NCBI GenBank assembly: GCA_001643675.2
Contig: LSRY02000030.1
Span: 310,001-374,000, forward strand
Source: Monocercomonoides exilis PA203
Lineage: Eukaryota; Protista; Preaxostyla
DNA: 64,000 nucleotides
Direction of reading: 5' to 3'
The position numbers and the translations under genes were made by a program. Positions 1-11,899 of the stretch are shown here, one piece after another. Each line of letters starts with the position of its first letter. The first letter of the stretch is position 1. The notes beneath the pieces are model-generated. The model was not told where the DNA came from, searched no databases, and saw only the letters and a list, made by a program, of their open reading frames with translations.

Positions 1-3000
1 GCCTCTCTTTCAGCTCTCCTCCACTGCTCCTCAGGCGACATCTCCATCGTCACCATCTCAAACGCCTTCGGATCCTTCTTCACTGTGTCATTCACAATCT
101 CTTCCAATTCCTTTGTTCTTCTCTTTTGCTTACTCCATCTGACAACAAACAAAACAAATCCAATCAGAACAATAAATAGAATAACTGCCATGATTATAAC
201 AATCAGCAACCAATAAGACTTCCCTTCTTTCTCTCCTTCAACAATCCTTTCATCTCCTTTTCCAACACTTTCACTCCTGTTCTTCACGATAAATGACTCT
301 GTTGATGAAGGAGAGTCTGCTTTCCCAAACAGAATGCTCACACTCACTTCTGTCTCTTCTCTCACTTTCTCCCATTCCGAACATGAAACAAATGTGTGAA
401 TCTCATTCTCTGACACAAACCCTTCTTCTTCAATCCCCTTTCTCACAATCTCCTCTTCATCCCCATTTTTCATGCTCATCTTCACCGACAAATCACATGG
501 CAGAAGCAGCTTCCCCACAATCATCAACTCCAAATTCCCATCTGGCTGTGTTGTGTTCTTCACCTCTTCCAAAATGGGGATGAAAAATGATGATCCTCTT
601 TCAGTTGCTATCCCTCCCAATTCACATCCCTCATCCAATATCCACAATGATGTATTTCTTTCCCATCCATCTCCCCCTTTCACACTCACAACATTCAACT
701 CCCCATTCCCTTCACAAATCACATTCCTTCTGGCTGATGGATATCCCTCGATCGATGGATTGTTGTTCTCAAACTTTCCATTTTCAATCTTCACACTCCC
801 TCCACTCACCCACAACCCTCCTCCTTTGCTATTTCTGATTGTTGTTTCCCTCATCTCCACATTGCTCTTCTCAATATCAACTAATGACCCATTCCATTTG
901 CACAATCCTTCTTTTCTATTGTTTTCTTCATTGCCAATTTCATCTTCTTTTTCTCCATCAAACACACATGCCTCAACCCTCACATTCTTGGAATTCCTGA
1001 TCTGCATCATGCTTCCCTTATTCACTGAATTCTCACACTTTCCGAATGAGCTGTTCAGCACACTAAACTCTTGCTCAGCATCTTCCATCCCAATCACACA
1101 CCCCTCCAATAGCAATGTCACATTCTCAACTCCCATCTCTTTCATCTCCACTTTCGCTTTCCCTCCAACACTCACAACATCTCCCTCACATTTGATGTTC
1201 GATATTCTTGTTTCATCAATTGTCACAACCGATTCTTCACAAAATGAAAGCACTGCTGTTGTTGAATGAATGTCTCTGAATGTTGAATCAAATATCTTCA
1301 GCTCTCCACTTTCCACACTCACAATTGAACTGTTCAACTTCATATCCTCAACTGCTGTCGAAAAAGAGAAGAATTCACATTTCTGAATCTCCATTGAACC
1401 ATTCTTCACTTTCATGAGACAATTGTGAGTTAATTCAAATCCATCTTCAAACTCGAATGAGCACCTCTCCACTGAACATTCATTCACAAACTCCATCACA
1501 CAATCCTTCTCACCTGATTTCTCAATCTTGCAGTTCAACCGAACAATCCCCTGTGTCTTTTTCAATGAATTCACAACCAGATCTCCAATCACACACTCCT
1601 TCCTCACAAACCCTTCCCCATCAATCAGAATCCCATTCATCACCCCTTCTTGGATGTGCTCAACCCCACAGTCAATGCTCACACACGGATTGCTCTGTGC
1701 CCCACATCCCCTCCCATCACTCCCTCTCCCACTCACAAACACCTGTGCTGAATAATAGAATGTGATCAGCGGAATCAGATCAACATCTCCCTCGCTCCAA
1801 GCATCCCTCCCACAGATCGAGTTGTTCGAGTTCAGTGACTCCTGGTTGTAGTTCAGCGCAAACAGTGTTTCGTTGATCTGGTGCTCAATCGAGTGGCATC
1901 TGACAAACATGTCTTTCCCCACATGTGCCTCATTCATCACAAACAGGATATTCACAATCTTGAAATTCAGAGGCGGAATCTGACTCTCATTTCCATAATT
2001 TGCATGTGGGTCTGACCCATCAATAAACAGCCCTCCTCCACACCCTGCTTCACTCGAGCACTTGCATATCGAAAATGTGCTCCCATTCACTTTCAACACT
2101 GACTCCCCACTCTTCAGCACCACTCTCATCCCCCCTCCTTCAACACTCAAACCACTCTTGCAACTCGACATCGAACACTCATCCATCACACACTCCACCC
2201 CATGCTCATATGATCCCACATCAACAACACTCGCTCCATTCCCTTCATTTGTGATGTTCGCAAATGAACACCCAACAACCCTCAAAACTGTTCTGCTCCC
2301 ATTTGAAAAGTCTTTCTTTTCTCCATTCATCTGGCTTTCCTCTTCAATCATCGAAATCAGACTTCTTTCTGTCACATCAGCAAATGAGATGTTCACATTC
2401 TGAAGTGTCACCTCACCTGCACTTGGGCTGAACACAATCAATCCTTTCAACTCTGAAATCAAACTCAACGAACTCCTCTCAATCACAACACTCCCCCCAT
2501 TCACTCTCATCACACAATATCCAAAACTCTCTGCCACTCCCCTCCCTGGGCCAAATGAACAATCTGACACAGACAATAATGTGTTTGTTCCAGAGGATTC
2601 AATCAACACTTCATGATGGGTTGTGATGGATGGCTTGGTGAATGACACATTCACAAATGACAGACTCATATTCGAGGATATCATTGCACCACTGCTGGCA
2701 ACGTTCCCGTCTTCATCACTGATCATCACACCTGTCCCTTTCTTTGTCCCTTCAATCACCACTTTTGGTGACTCTGAAAATGAAGATGAAAATGAAATGG
2801 AATGGCTCAGCAACCCTGATCCCACAATGGCAATATGTGTATCACCTCCTCCAAGTGTTGGATATCTCAATGATATCAAGTGGTCAATCGATGAGCATGG
2901 TGCTTCTGAATACCCACACCCACTGAAGTCTCCTCCTTTCTCAACTGAAACAAACCCATCCCCACTCCAATTACTCCACAAATACACAACTAGTGGAATC

Positions 3001-6000
3001 ACATATCCCTCCTCTCCTGTCGTCTTCCTCTCCCATCCACACAACTCATCCAACGATCCCAACTCCTCTGAACTCATCTCCCATTTCAAGTGCTCCTCAT
3101 TCACAATCTCTCTCAGATCCCATCCAGAAACAAATGCATTCTTCCCTTTCCACCCATCACATCCCTCAAATCCCATCCCTTCAAGAACAAAGGATCCCAT
3201 CTCATCTGCCAGCTTCACAAACATCCCTCCTCCCATTCCTCTCCCTCCTTCCTCAACATCCTCTCTCGGCACTTCACACCCTGAATATTTCACATTTTTC
3301 ATTTCCAAACTCCCTCCTTTTCCCACTGATATCTTCATCCCTCCCCCTCTCATCCCACTCCCCCCTGAACACACTGATGACAAATTGCATCCTTCAACAT
3401 TCACAATCCCATTCACACCCATCTCCACATTCAAACATCCTCCTCCTCCACTCCCACCAACAACTTCCACTCCACTCATTCGGCTGTCATTCATCTCCAA
3501 TTCAACTCCATTTGTGATCTCTATTGGTGATTTCCCACTCATTCTCACTCCCCTTTCCATCACAAATCCATTCACAACCAGCCCTCCTCCCTCAATACAA
3601 ATCACATTGTATCCAATCAGTTCATCATTTTCAAATGAGACTGAACAGCTGGTAATTGTGATCGTTGATGATGAGGAGGAGGAGTGAATGAATCCACTTC
3701 TCTTCCCATTCATTTCTTCATTCAGCACAAATGTCAAATATCTCATTTCAAATGATTTTGTGCACTCAATAAGGTTATTTTGATTTATCGATCCTTCATC
3801 CCTCACAACCACTTTCATCTCTTCTTCTTTCCCTGAAACATGAACCTCAAATGAAACCACTTTCATCTCATTCTTTATCCATGATTCTGACACAACTTCG
3901 ATTTCATTCACATTGATGCTCGCTCTCTTCCCAACACAATAGTCAATCGTCAAACACCCAAACTCCTCAAACCCACAATGGCTCTGATCCAGTGCCCTCT
4001 CTCCTCTCCCATCAACTCTCAGCTTTGTTCCAATTGAACACAAATACACAAACAGCGGAATCACTTCCCCTTCTCTTCCATCCTCACTCCCACACAACTT
4101 CAACACATCTGTTGGAATCACACTCGAATCAAAAAATGAAAATGAATTCCCATTCACTTTCGACTCCAACAACACTCCTCCACCACATTCAACAAACACA
4201 TCCTTCCCATATGAAGCTTTGTTATCCTCTCCAAACAAACCCTCTCTTCCCGATTCCATTTTCATTGAACCATCCCCACTCTCCATCACAATCATCATCC
4301 CTCCACCTCTCCCTTCACTTCTCCCATCTGAACTCTCCCCTGAACCCTTCGCCTCACACCCATCAATCACACAACTCCCATTCACAACAACACTCCCTTC
4401 CCCTTTCACAACAACACACATCCCTCCTCCTCTTCCACAAACACACCTGCACCCCTTCACAACACACGACTCAATCACAATTATCCCATTCTTCCCCTCA
4501 TCCCTCTCTGCTCCAACCACTCCACTCACCCATCCCCCATCTCCACTTCTCTTCTCAATGTTGTTCACCTCACACCCACAAAACACAACTGATTCCACCC
4601 CTTCACCAAACTCAATCAGCGAATGTTCTCCAAATCTCAAGGTCTCTGTGATCACCAATCCCTCAACTTTCACTTTCCCCCCAATCACTTTCACAAAACA
4701 ATATCCAATGGGATTCTCAGAGGAACAAACAACAGAACAGTCAGTGAGTGTGAGGAGAGTGGAATTGGATGTGATCAGGGATGATGATGATGCACCAGAT
4801 AGAGCTGATGGAATGCAAAACGTGATGTTTCTCATTGAGCATTTGCTCTGAACCTCAATCAGACAAGATGACTCAAAATTCTCTGGCTCTTTCACCGCAA
4901 CTTCCATCCCTTTTGTGGCACAAGAAATCTCCCATTCACAGCCATCTGTCATTCCAACTGCCTCACAAAGCTCAAATCCTGAATCCAATTCGATCTTCTT
5001 GTTTGTGTCTGCATATCTCATCTGCGCTGCATGGGTGATGGTGGCACACGGATAATAGTCAAACCCACAGAACCACGAGTCGTATCCACCTAGCCCATCC
5101 TTCCCCTTCCCCACATGTGCTGCACTTGGATATCTGTCCAAATACACATTCAGTGGGAACAGCCCCATTGTTGTGTCACTCCGATCATATCCCATCAGCT
5201 CATTGTATTTTGAATTGTCATGTTGGACATCCAGCTTTTCTGTTGTTATTCCCCAGCTCGCTGAATTGCTCCCATTCACAAACACATAATTCCCTCCAAA
5301 TGAGGCAGAGCACCCTGAAAAGTCAACTGACACAATCAAGAAGTCAATCGAGTTGTCGGCCAAATACAACATCATTCCTCCTCCATATTTCCCACTTGTG
5401 CATCTCTTGAATGTTGTTGTTCTTTCAGTTTGAAGCTTGCTTGAAGATGATTCCAACTCAACCTTGATCCCTCCACCACTGCCATTCTCGCACTCACAAT
5501 CCTCGATTGTCACATTCTGAACAGCAAATGTCTCTCCAGCCTTCACATTCTTTGACACAACCACCCCATCTCCTTCAGCCAACTTCACATTCTTCACTTT
5601 CACATTCGCCAACACGCTATCTCCTGATGCTGTGGATGTCAAAAATAGGGAAGAAGAAGAAGAAGAAGAAAAAGATAAAACAGGTTCAGAGAACAATGGT
5701 TTTGAGACATTCATATCTTTGATCTCCACATCAACCATCGACAGCTTCGACATTGGAACCACAAACACTGACGAAGACATCACATATTCTCCAATATTGC
5801 TTGTAGTGATTACAACATCCTCCAATGAGAATGACCCACTCCCATCAGACACCACAACCACGCTCGGCGAAGAAGGACTTGCATTTGAGTTGCAATCAAC
5901 CTTCAAGTGGCTCATTCCAAGATGACCTGTCGATACACTGAACAGCGCTCCTGCTGCTGATGGAGATGAAAGGGCTCCTGTTCCAATCGAACTCTTATCT

Positions 6001-8075
6001 TTGCCTGTCCCAATGACTGAAATCTTCTTTTTCCCAATATCAATTGTTGTTGTCTCACTCACATGATCCCCTTCCATCAGTGTAACCGATGAGCTCAGCT
6101 CTTCCAAGCCCGTCACCACTGCATGACCGATTGTTTGGCAAGGTGCCGACACACCCATCCCACACAACCCATTCGAGTCATCTCCATTCACACCTACGAA
6201 TAGAATCTTCGACCATTCATTCAGCCACACGTTTTTTGATGTTTGGTCATATGTCCAATTCCCGGAATTTATTAAGTTGTACGCATAGCAGACTCTCCCC
6301 TCATCTGTATTTGTTGAGTAACATTCTTTAAACGGATTTGTAGTGTTCAAAAAGACATTGTGGGCATCAACAAAAAATACATCGTGGCCATCTGGAGGGT
6401 TTTTCAGCCCTTTGCATTCATGAAAAAATGTGAAATAGCAAAAACATCCATCACTTGGAAGTGTTTCTCGATTAGGTTCAAATCTCATTCCCCCACCTTG
6501 TGATGAAGCTGAACAGGAGATAAACTGCGCACTCCTCATTTTGAACACTGCAGGAATATTCGAGCAATGCATGCCTCCCCCAGCTGATGCAGTTACTGAA
6601 CATGAGGCGAAACGGCAATCAAAAATGCATGCGCTTTCTCCTTTTCCGTTTTCCTCTCCAATACAGTCAGGTCCCGAAACCTGAAAAGAATATAGATTAA
6701 GCCCTCCTCCATAGCCAATTGCTTCACAATTCTGGAATTCGCATCCACTGATCCGAACACACGAAGATATGTAATAAACATAGACACCTCCTCCGTGATA
6801 ATTTTGAGCCATACAGCCATTAAACACATCATTTTCAATATGAACTGACTTTATTGAACAACATAAGATTCCGCCTCCAAAAGCAAACGCGGTGCAACCA
6901 TTGAAAGAGCAATGAGAAACAATAAGTTCACCATTCTCCAGATTGTACATGAATATTGCGCCACCGTTCGAAGTGCCATCGGCATATGTTTCACCTTTTC
7001 CTGTTGCCTTCGATCCATTCCATTCACACCAAACAAAAATGTTTGCTCCGTCTGTTGTTTCGTTCTGTCTCACTAGATGTTTCTTGTCATCTTCAGTTCC
7101 ATTGGCATAAATATTCCTTGTTCTGCAACACCCAACAAACGAGGCGTTTGAGGCAGTCAAAGAGGCATAGGGGCTGTTGAGAGAAGGAACAATCCCTCCA
7201 TCATATGCATCGCAAACAGATAAAAATGAGCAACTGTTCATCAGACATGTTGTTTGGTTTGATGTTGTGGTTGGAGGTGAACATGCATCATTTGCTGTTG
7301 AGATGTTGAAAAATGTCAGGTGAGACAGGGATATTAGGGGAATGAAGGGTGATGAGAAGAATGGGGCTGATAACACACAAAAAGAGGAGAAATGAGATGA
7401 ACATACATAAACAAAGCATTTTTCTGAAAACTTCTCTTGAAACGTTTCTGAAGAAAAGAGAGATGGAAATGACTTCAAAAACCCAGTTGAGTGCGATCTG
7501 AGTGAAATGTTGGTGAACAGCCCACAACCTCCAGTCAGGCATAATGGAGACACTTCACTCACCATCACAAAATCGCAATCATTCAATTCAACAAAACTTC
7601 CGATCTCTGCTTTGATAACATTTCTCTCTTTATGTTGAATCAGATCCAATGATTTGAGCTCAATTGATGAATTAATCAGAACAAAACATCCTTCAATCTC
7701 ACTTTCTTCAAATATTCTTTCAATTTTCTTCATTTCTCCTTTTCCAAAAAAATGCTCATTATTCACAATCTTGACTGAATTCACTTTCCCATTTTGGTCG
7801 TTTCTTTCATCTTCCATTTTTTGATAATTTTTCTTTGATTTTTCTTGTTTTTCATTTTCTTCAATTTCACCTTCATTCCCTTCAATAAATAATTCAAACT
7901 TGTTTTTTTCTCCATCTGCATCCTTTTGAAGGCTCTCAAACAAAGAGTTTCCCAAATAATCTGTTTTTATATCATTTATCGATTTCTCAACCAGATTTGT
8001 TTCATCATTTGTGGCACCATTGCACAGGCATTGCACACATATTATGCACACAACACAATATATTCCTGACAGCAT
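1..8075 (-). CDS. Giant single-exon type-I membrane protein (beta-helix/pectin-lyase-like repeats + TM), 3'-partial; paralog of 32090-44488
   Basis: ATG at 8075 gives MLSGIYCVVCIICVQCLCNGATNDE (signal-peptide-like). The same frame reaches base 2, where it reads ESVGKGDERIVEGEKEGKSYWLLIVIIMAVILFIVLIGFVLFVVRW...KDPKAFEMVTMEMSPEEQWRRAERE, near-identical to the 4132-aa protein. The ORF track reports no terminated ORF in this frame, consistent with an uninterrupted frame running off the edge. Spot translations (e.g. 6770-7320) are open, with GGAI/GGGI motifs and CG..PC.T/S motifs. Confidence 0.85.
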   Translation of the reverse strand, partial: MLSGIYCVVCIICVQCLCNGATNDETNLVEKSINDIKTDYLGNSLFESLQKDADGEKNKFELFIEGNEGEIEENEKQEKSKKNYQKMEDERNDQNGKVNSVKIVNNEHFFGKGEMKKIERIFEESEIEGCFVLINSSIELKSLDLIQHKERNVIKAEIGSFVELNDCDFVMVSEVSPLCLTGGCGLFTNISLRSHSTGFLKSFPSLFSSETFQEKFSEKCFVYVCSSHFSSFCVLSAPFFSSPFIPLISLSHLTFFNISTANDACSPPTTTSNQTTCLMNSCSFLSVCDAYDGGIVPSLNSPYASLTASNASFVGCCRTRNIYANGTEDDKKHLVRQNETTDGANIFVWCEWNGSKATGKGETYADGTSNGGAIFMYNLENGELIVSHCSFNGCTAFAFGGGILCCSIKSVHIENDVFNGCMAQNYHGGGVYVYYISSCVRISGCEFQNCEAIGYGGGLNLYSFQVSGPDCIGEENGKGESACIFDCRFASCSVTASAGGGMHCSNIPAVFKMRSAQFISCSASSQGGGMRFEPNRETLPSDGCFCYFTFFHECKGLKNPPDGHDVFFVDAHNVFLNTTNPFKECYSTNTDEGRVCYAYNLINSGNWTYDQTSKNVWLNEWSKILFVGVNGDDSNGLCGMGVSAPCQTIGHAVVTGLEELSSSVTLMEGDHVSETTTIDIGKKKISVIGTGKDKSSIGTGALSSPSAAGALFSVSTGHLGMSHLKVDCNSNASPSSPSVVVVSDGSGSFSLEDVVITTSNIGEYVMSSSVFVVPMSKLSMVDVEIKDMNVSKPLFSEPVLSFSSSSSSSLFLTSTASGDSVLANVKVKNVKLAEGDGVVVSKNVKAGETFAVQNVTIEDCECENGSGGGIKVELESSSSKLQTERTTTFKRCTSGKYGGGMMLYLADNSIDFLIVSVDFSGCSASFGGNYVFVNGSNSASWGITTEKLDVQHDNSKYNELMGYDRSDTTMGLFPLNVYLDRYPSAAHVGKGKDGLGGYDSWFCGFDYYPCATITHAAQMRYADTNKKIELDSGFELCEAVGMTDGCEWEISCATKGMEVAVKEPENFESSCLIEVQSKCSMRNITFCIPSALSGASSSSLITSNSTLLTLTDCSVVCSSENPIGYCFVKVIGGKVKVEGLVITETLRFGEHSLIEFGEGVESVVFCGCEVNNIEKRSGDGGWVSGVVGAERDEGKNGIIVIESCVVKGCRCVCGRGGGMCVVVKGEGSVVVNGSCVIDGCEAKGSGESSDGRSEGRGGGMMIVMESGDGSMKMESGREGLFGEDNKASYGKDVFVECGGGVLLESKVNGNSFSFFDSSVIPTDVLKLCGSEDGREGEVIPLFVYLCSIGTKLRVDGRGERALDQSHCGFEEFGCLTIDYCVGKRASINVNEIEVVSESWIKNEMKVVSFEVHVSGKEEEMKVVVRDEGSINQNNLIECTKSFEMRYLTFVLNEEMNGKRSGFIHSSSSSSTITITSCSVSFENDELIGYNVICIEGGGLVVNGFVMERGVRMSGKSPIEITNGVELEMNDSRMSGVEVVGGSGGGGCLNVEMGVNGIVNVEGCNLSSVCSGGSGMRGGGMKISVGKGGSLEMKNVKYSGCEVPREDVEEGGRGMGGGMFVKLADEMGSFVLEGMGFEGCDGWKGKNAFVSGWDLREIVNEEHLKWEMSSEELGSLDELCGWERKTTGEEGYVIPLVVYLWSNWSGDGFVSVEKGGDFSGCGYSEAPCSSIDHLISLRYPTLGGGDTHIAIVGSGLLSHSISFSSSFSESPKVVIEGTKKGTGVMISDEDGNVASSGAMISSNMSLSFVNVSFTKPSITTHHEVLIESSGTNTLLSVSDCSFGPGRGVAESFGYCVMRVNGGSVVIERSSLSLISELKGLIVFSPSAGEVTLQNVNISFADVTERSLISMIEEESQMNGEKKDFSNGSRTVLRVVGCSFANITNEGNGASVVDVGSYEHGVECVMDECSMSSCKSGLSVEGGGMRVVLKSGESVLKVNGSTFSICKCSSEAGCGGGLFIDGSDPHANYGNESQIPPLNFKIVNILFVMNEAHVGKDMFVRCHSIEHQINETLFALNYNQESLNSNNSICGRDAWSEGDVDLIPLITFYYSAQVFVSGRGSDGRGCGAQSNPCVSIDCGVEHIQEGVMNGILIDGEGFVRKECVIGDLVVNSLKKTQGIVRLNCKIEKSGEKDCVMEFVNECSVERCSFEFEDGFELTHNCLMKVKNGSMEIQKCEFFSFSTAVEDMKLNSSIVSVESGELKIFDSTFRDIHSTTAVLSFCEESVVTIDETRISNIKCEGDVVSVGGKAKVEMKEMGVENVTLLLEGCVIGMEDAEQEFSVLNSSFGKCENSVNKGSMMQIRNSKNVRVEACVFDGEKEDEIGNEENNRKEGLCKWNGSLVDIEKSNVEMRETTIRNSKGGGLWVSGGSVKIENGKFENNNPSIEGYPSARRNVICEGNGELNVVSVKGGDGWERNTSLWILDEGCELGGIATERGSSFFIPILEEVKNTTQPDGNLELMIVGKLLLPCDLSVKMSMKNGDEEEIVRKGIEEEGFVSENEIHTFVSCSEWEKVREETEVSVSILFGKADSPSSTESFIVKNRSESVGKGDERIVEGEKEGKSYWLLIVIIMAVILFIVLIGFVLFVVRWSKQKRRTKELEEIVNDTVKKDPKAFEMVTMEMSPEEQWRRAERE

Positions 8076-8987
8076 AGGAACTTATCTGCACGAATAAGAC
8101 TCTTTTCTTTTTTTCCGGATTTCTTCTTTATAAGAATGGGTGCAATAATTTAAAATTTGATAAAACGTAAATAACTTCCAGTTCAAGAATAAAGCAAAAT
8201 ATTTTATTATATTCATTTTGATGAGTTTTGAATGAGTGAAATTTCCTTTATTGTTTGATCATTTGAATAATACAAAATGATTGACTGAAAATGTTGATGT
8301 TTTGATATTTTCATTATTACAGACAGAAAGACTATTAAAACTCAATCTATTTGTCATGTCATTTATTATTCAGTCTCTGAGCAACTTATTCTTTTTTCAA
8401 ATGAAGTGAGATTTGGAGAAGCATTGTTCTTTTTTGGAATTCATTTATCCGAGGAACTGATGAGGTTTGTGCAGTGAAAGTTTTTTGAAGAGACTTTTCA
8501 TCTTTTGATTTCTGATGTTTGTGTTATTTTTTCATTTGCAGTCACCAGAGGCATTTTGGAATTGTTATTTCTTGATTGTTGTTTGTTAAAGTGTTGGATG
8601 GCTGAATTGGACGCTCTCATCCAATGAAATGGACGGTGTGGAATAAACTCATATGTGACTTTATATTATTCATTTTATTCATTTATTTGATTTTATTTTG
8701 GAAACAGGGCAGAAAATGATACGATTTGAGAGAAAAAGGAAAGCAGCGAAAGGCTGAAATGACTGAAAATGGATGGTTTTGAAAAGGACAAAGGCACTTA
8801 AGAAAAGAATACAATTTGCAATGAATATCCCTTGAATGTTTGTTTTTCTCGAATATTTTCATGAAAAATCTCATTGTTTTGTATTTCTATTGAATTTTTG
8901 ATTGGAAATTTTTCATCTGTTTTTGACTTTATGTTCTTATACTTCAAGGAAATGGAAGTTATTTTTACTCTGTTCCTGACAGATTTC

Positions 8988-9650
8988 ATTTTGAAGATGG
9001 CGTTTTGAGGAAAAGGCAGAAAGACAGAGAAAAAGAAAAGTACGAGGAAACACAAAGGAAATGACGATGAAAAAGAGAAATGAGGTGGAATAAAAGCACA
9101 CAATGGGTCTGAACCAAAGTTGAGGATGTGTTTATTGGGAAGGATCTGAAGAGGAGAAAGGCAAATAGAAATGATGATGATGCCTTTAAAAAGAAAGAGA
9201 ACAGCCACAGGAGCTGATTTATTGGCTTCAGATTTCATGAGCCAACCTTCACCAGCATCGCAAGGAAGAGGAAAGAAAGTTATAAATGAGGATTAATCAT
9301 CATATTTGATGATGTGGCAGTATTTTAAAGAAAAGCAATCGAAGAAGATATTTTTGCTGTTGAAGTGTTCATTCTTCTTCTTCAATTGTTCCTTCAAAAA
9401 ATATGCCTTTGGCATCACCAGCCACTTTCTTCCACATTCTTCCTCAATTTCATTAACAGAGCAGGAATTACCTCATATTCCTTGCCTTCCTCTTCTTCCA
9501 TGTAATTGCAAAGCTAATGTGGACTTGCTTCATGGATAACTGGTGTTACAATCCAACTGATTTTGAATGATCAACAAGGAAAATGAAGAGAAAGGAACAA
9601 TAATTTCAAAGATTCAAACTTTCTTCAAATCATTGTCATTATTAATTTTA
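8988..9650 (+). repeat. Dispersed repeat copy A (inverted relative to copy at ~25050-25717)
   Basis: Shares long near-identical blocks with the reverse complement of 25050-25717, e.g. gaggattaatcatcatatttgatgatgtggcagtattttaaagaaaagcaatcgaagaag. Both copies give the same spurious ORF start MMMWQYFKEKQSKKIFLLLKCSFFFFNC. Ends approximate. Confidence 0.85.
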
Positions 9651-10615
9651 TTTTTTTGGAAATTGAAATCAAGATAAAAAAGAAACTCCATTGATAAAAA
9701 TATATTTTTAGAATATTTTTGTTTTTGGAGATGAAGAATCCTCAAATTTTTATTTGAAAAGCAAAAATAGAATTCATTATGTTCAACTGTGTTTGAATTT
9801 CAACAGCAAAAAAGGTTCAATTAATAATTAATAAATTCAAAACATTTTTTAATTGTTTAAAATCAACCTTTGTCCATGTTATTTTCTGAGTTATTTTATT
9901 TTTTTTGAAACAACAAATGTTCTGGTGTTTAGCTTTGATGAAATAACTTTGATGTTTGTTTTTGAATAATGAACAATTTTCGATGCATGAAACAATTTCA
10001 AAAAAAAAATTCTGAAATAAGTTGTGGAAAATAATGTTTGAATGAAAAGATAACGAAAAAAAAAAAAAGAATTTGAATTTGAATTTGAAAAAACATAAAT
10101 TCATAAAAAGAATATGCTTTCAATATTGTTTTTAAGAACACACACAAACACAACATGGCGAATTATTATCAAGAATATACAAATCATAGAAATCAAATGA
10201 AATTTTCTTTCCATTCAAAAAAGAAAAATGTCAATCTCAAAACATTGTGAAACATTCGTCTCAAAAACATTTGAAACACAAAAAACGAAAAACCAATTTC
10301 TGATTATTAACTTGAACTTTAATCACTTGAAATAAACACCTCTGATAAAAACTGATCGTTTTTAAACTTATAACAATCAAAAAAAACAAATAAATAAAAT
10401 CAAATAAAACAATAACATGTCACTCTCTAAATCAACTTTCAATCCAAAAAGTTTTGATGGCGCTTTTTTTTATTCAAATCACTCAAAAAAAAAAAGAAAG
10501 AAAGAAATAAGAAATAGAACACTTAAACAAAATACATCATCCACACAATTGTGCACTAATGGTGTGATTTCCAGTCTTTTAATAACATCATGTTTATTGC
10601 GTCAAACACTTTCAA

Positions 10616-11682
10616 CTAAAAATGCCTTCCACCTCCGCTCCTGTGAGATCGATGTGATCGATGGGATACTCGTCGTGTACGTGTCCTGCGGCTATGGTAA
10701 GTCGTTCCTGTTGAATATCGGCCTGCAGTATAAGAACCTCCCCCAGAATGACAGCTGCAACCCCGACCACACATTATTATCACAAACATGAATAGCAAAG
10801 TTACAAGTACAACACCCACAACAACTAGAACAACTGCCCAAGACGGAAATGCTTTTTTATTATCTTCTAAATATGTTGAAATCATATCAACTGCAATTAC
10901 CAAACCCTATAAAAGTCTCAAAATGATAAATTTTATTCAACTAAACCAAGCGCACCTGCCCGTAATCTCCATTTCTGAAATAAGGAGAAATTTCATCAAA
11001 AATTTCGTTTCGAACCTTATCTGTAATAACATCTTTGCTATTTTTTCCTGCTTGAATATACGTATATCTATCATCCACCCTGTAAATTGGTATATATTAT
11101 TAAAAATACAAAAAAAAGTCGATTCATAAAAAAAAAACCAAATATTAACAAAAAGTTAAAAGCATGTAATAAAATAATACAAAAATTTATACATTAACGA
11201 CAGCACAACTCCACCATTTTTGGCAGAATATCCAACTTTCCAATTGTCGAAAACATTTTTTGTAAACTTTTCTTCTTTTTCATCAATCAATTTCTAATTC
11301 AAAAAATCAGTGAAATGGGCCATTTTGTAATTTTCACAAATAATGTAATATTAGCAATTCATACATCGATAACAACAACTCCTAGTTGAGCTTCTATTTT
11401 TTGCATCATGTTTGATATTCTATTGTTCATAATAACGAACTGAGTTGGGGTTGCAAATCCCATTGGATCGCACACCCAAGAAGGTGGCAATGTACTAACA
11501 TTACCATAGGCTTCGAGATACTCTGGCAGTTTTCGATTATTAATACAACCAACAGGTTCATTCTGAGGATTTGGAATATCATAAGAATTGTAAGAGTTTA
11601 GCTCATGGCGAGTTTGTTCTATTCCAAACAACTTTTCGATCAACAAAAGCTGTGCCAGTATTGCAAAATGAATGATTATCAT
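10616..11682 (-). CDS. TPM-domain (YgcG/MOLO-1-like) single-pass membrane protein, 4 exons, ~277 aa
   Basis: Exons 11682-11365, 11293-11193, 11079-10956, 10906-10616 join in frame via GT-AG introns. Product has a signal peptide, WVCDPMGF..AQLGVVVIDK..FTKNVFDNWKVG..KNGGVVLSLMVDDRYTYIQAG..ISPYFRNGDYGQGLVIAVD (TPM consensus), a TM helix, and an Arg/His/Gly-rich tail ending GGGRHF. Confidence 0.85.
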
Positions 11683-11899
11683 TTTAATAAAAACTTCAAT
11701 TATTTGATCGTCATATAATTTGATTTATAATTTCCAAATTTTTTAATATTCATTCTAAAAGAAAAATAAAATAAAATAATTTATTAATTATAGAGGGGTT
11801 ATTAAAACTCATATTTTTGATACATTCAACCTCATTCTCCTCAAAAAAAAGCAAAAAACAACAGCACTCAATTTTGTATTATTTTGTGTGAAATTGCAT

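Noticed and set aside
293-7180. Many plus-strand ORFs (up to 354 aa) rich in S/P/F/T/H
   Set aside because: Antisense shadows of the long minus-strand gene 1-8075. The same applies to plus-strand ORFs over 32090-44488.
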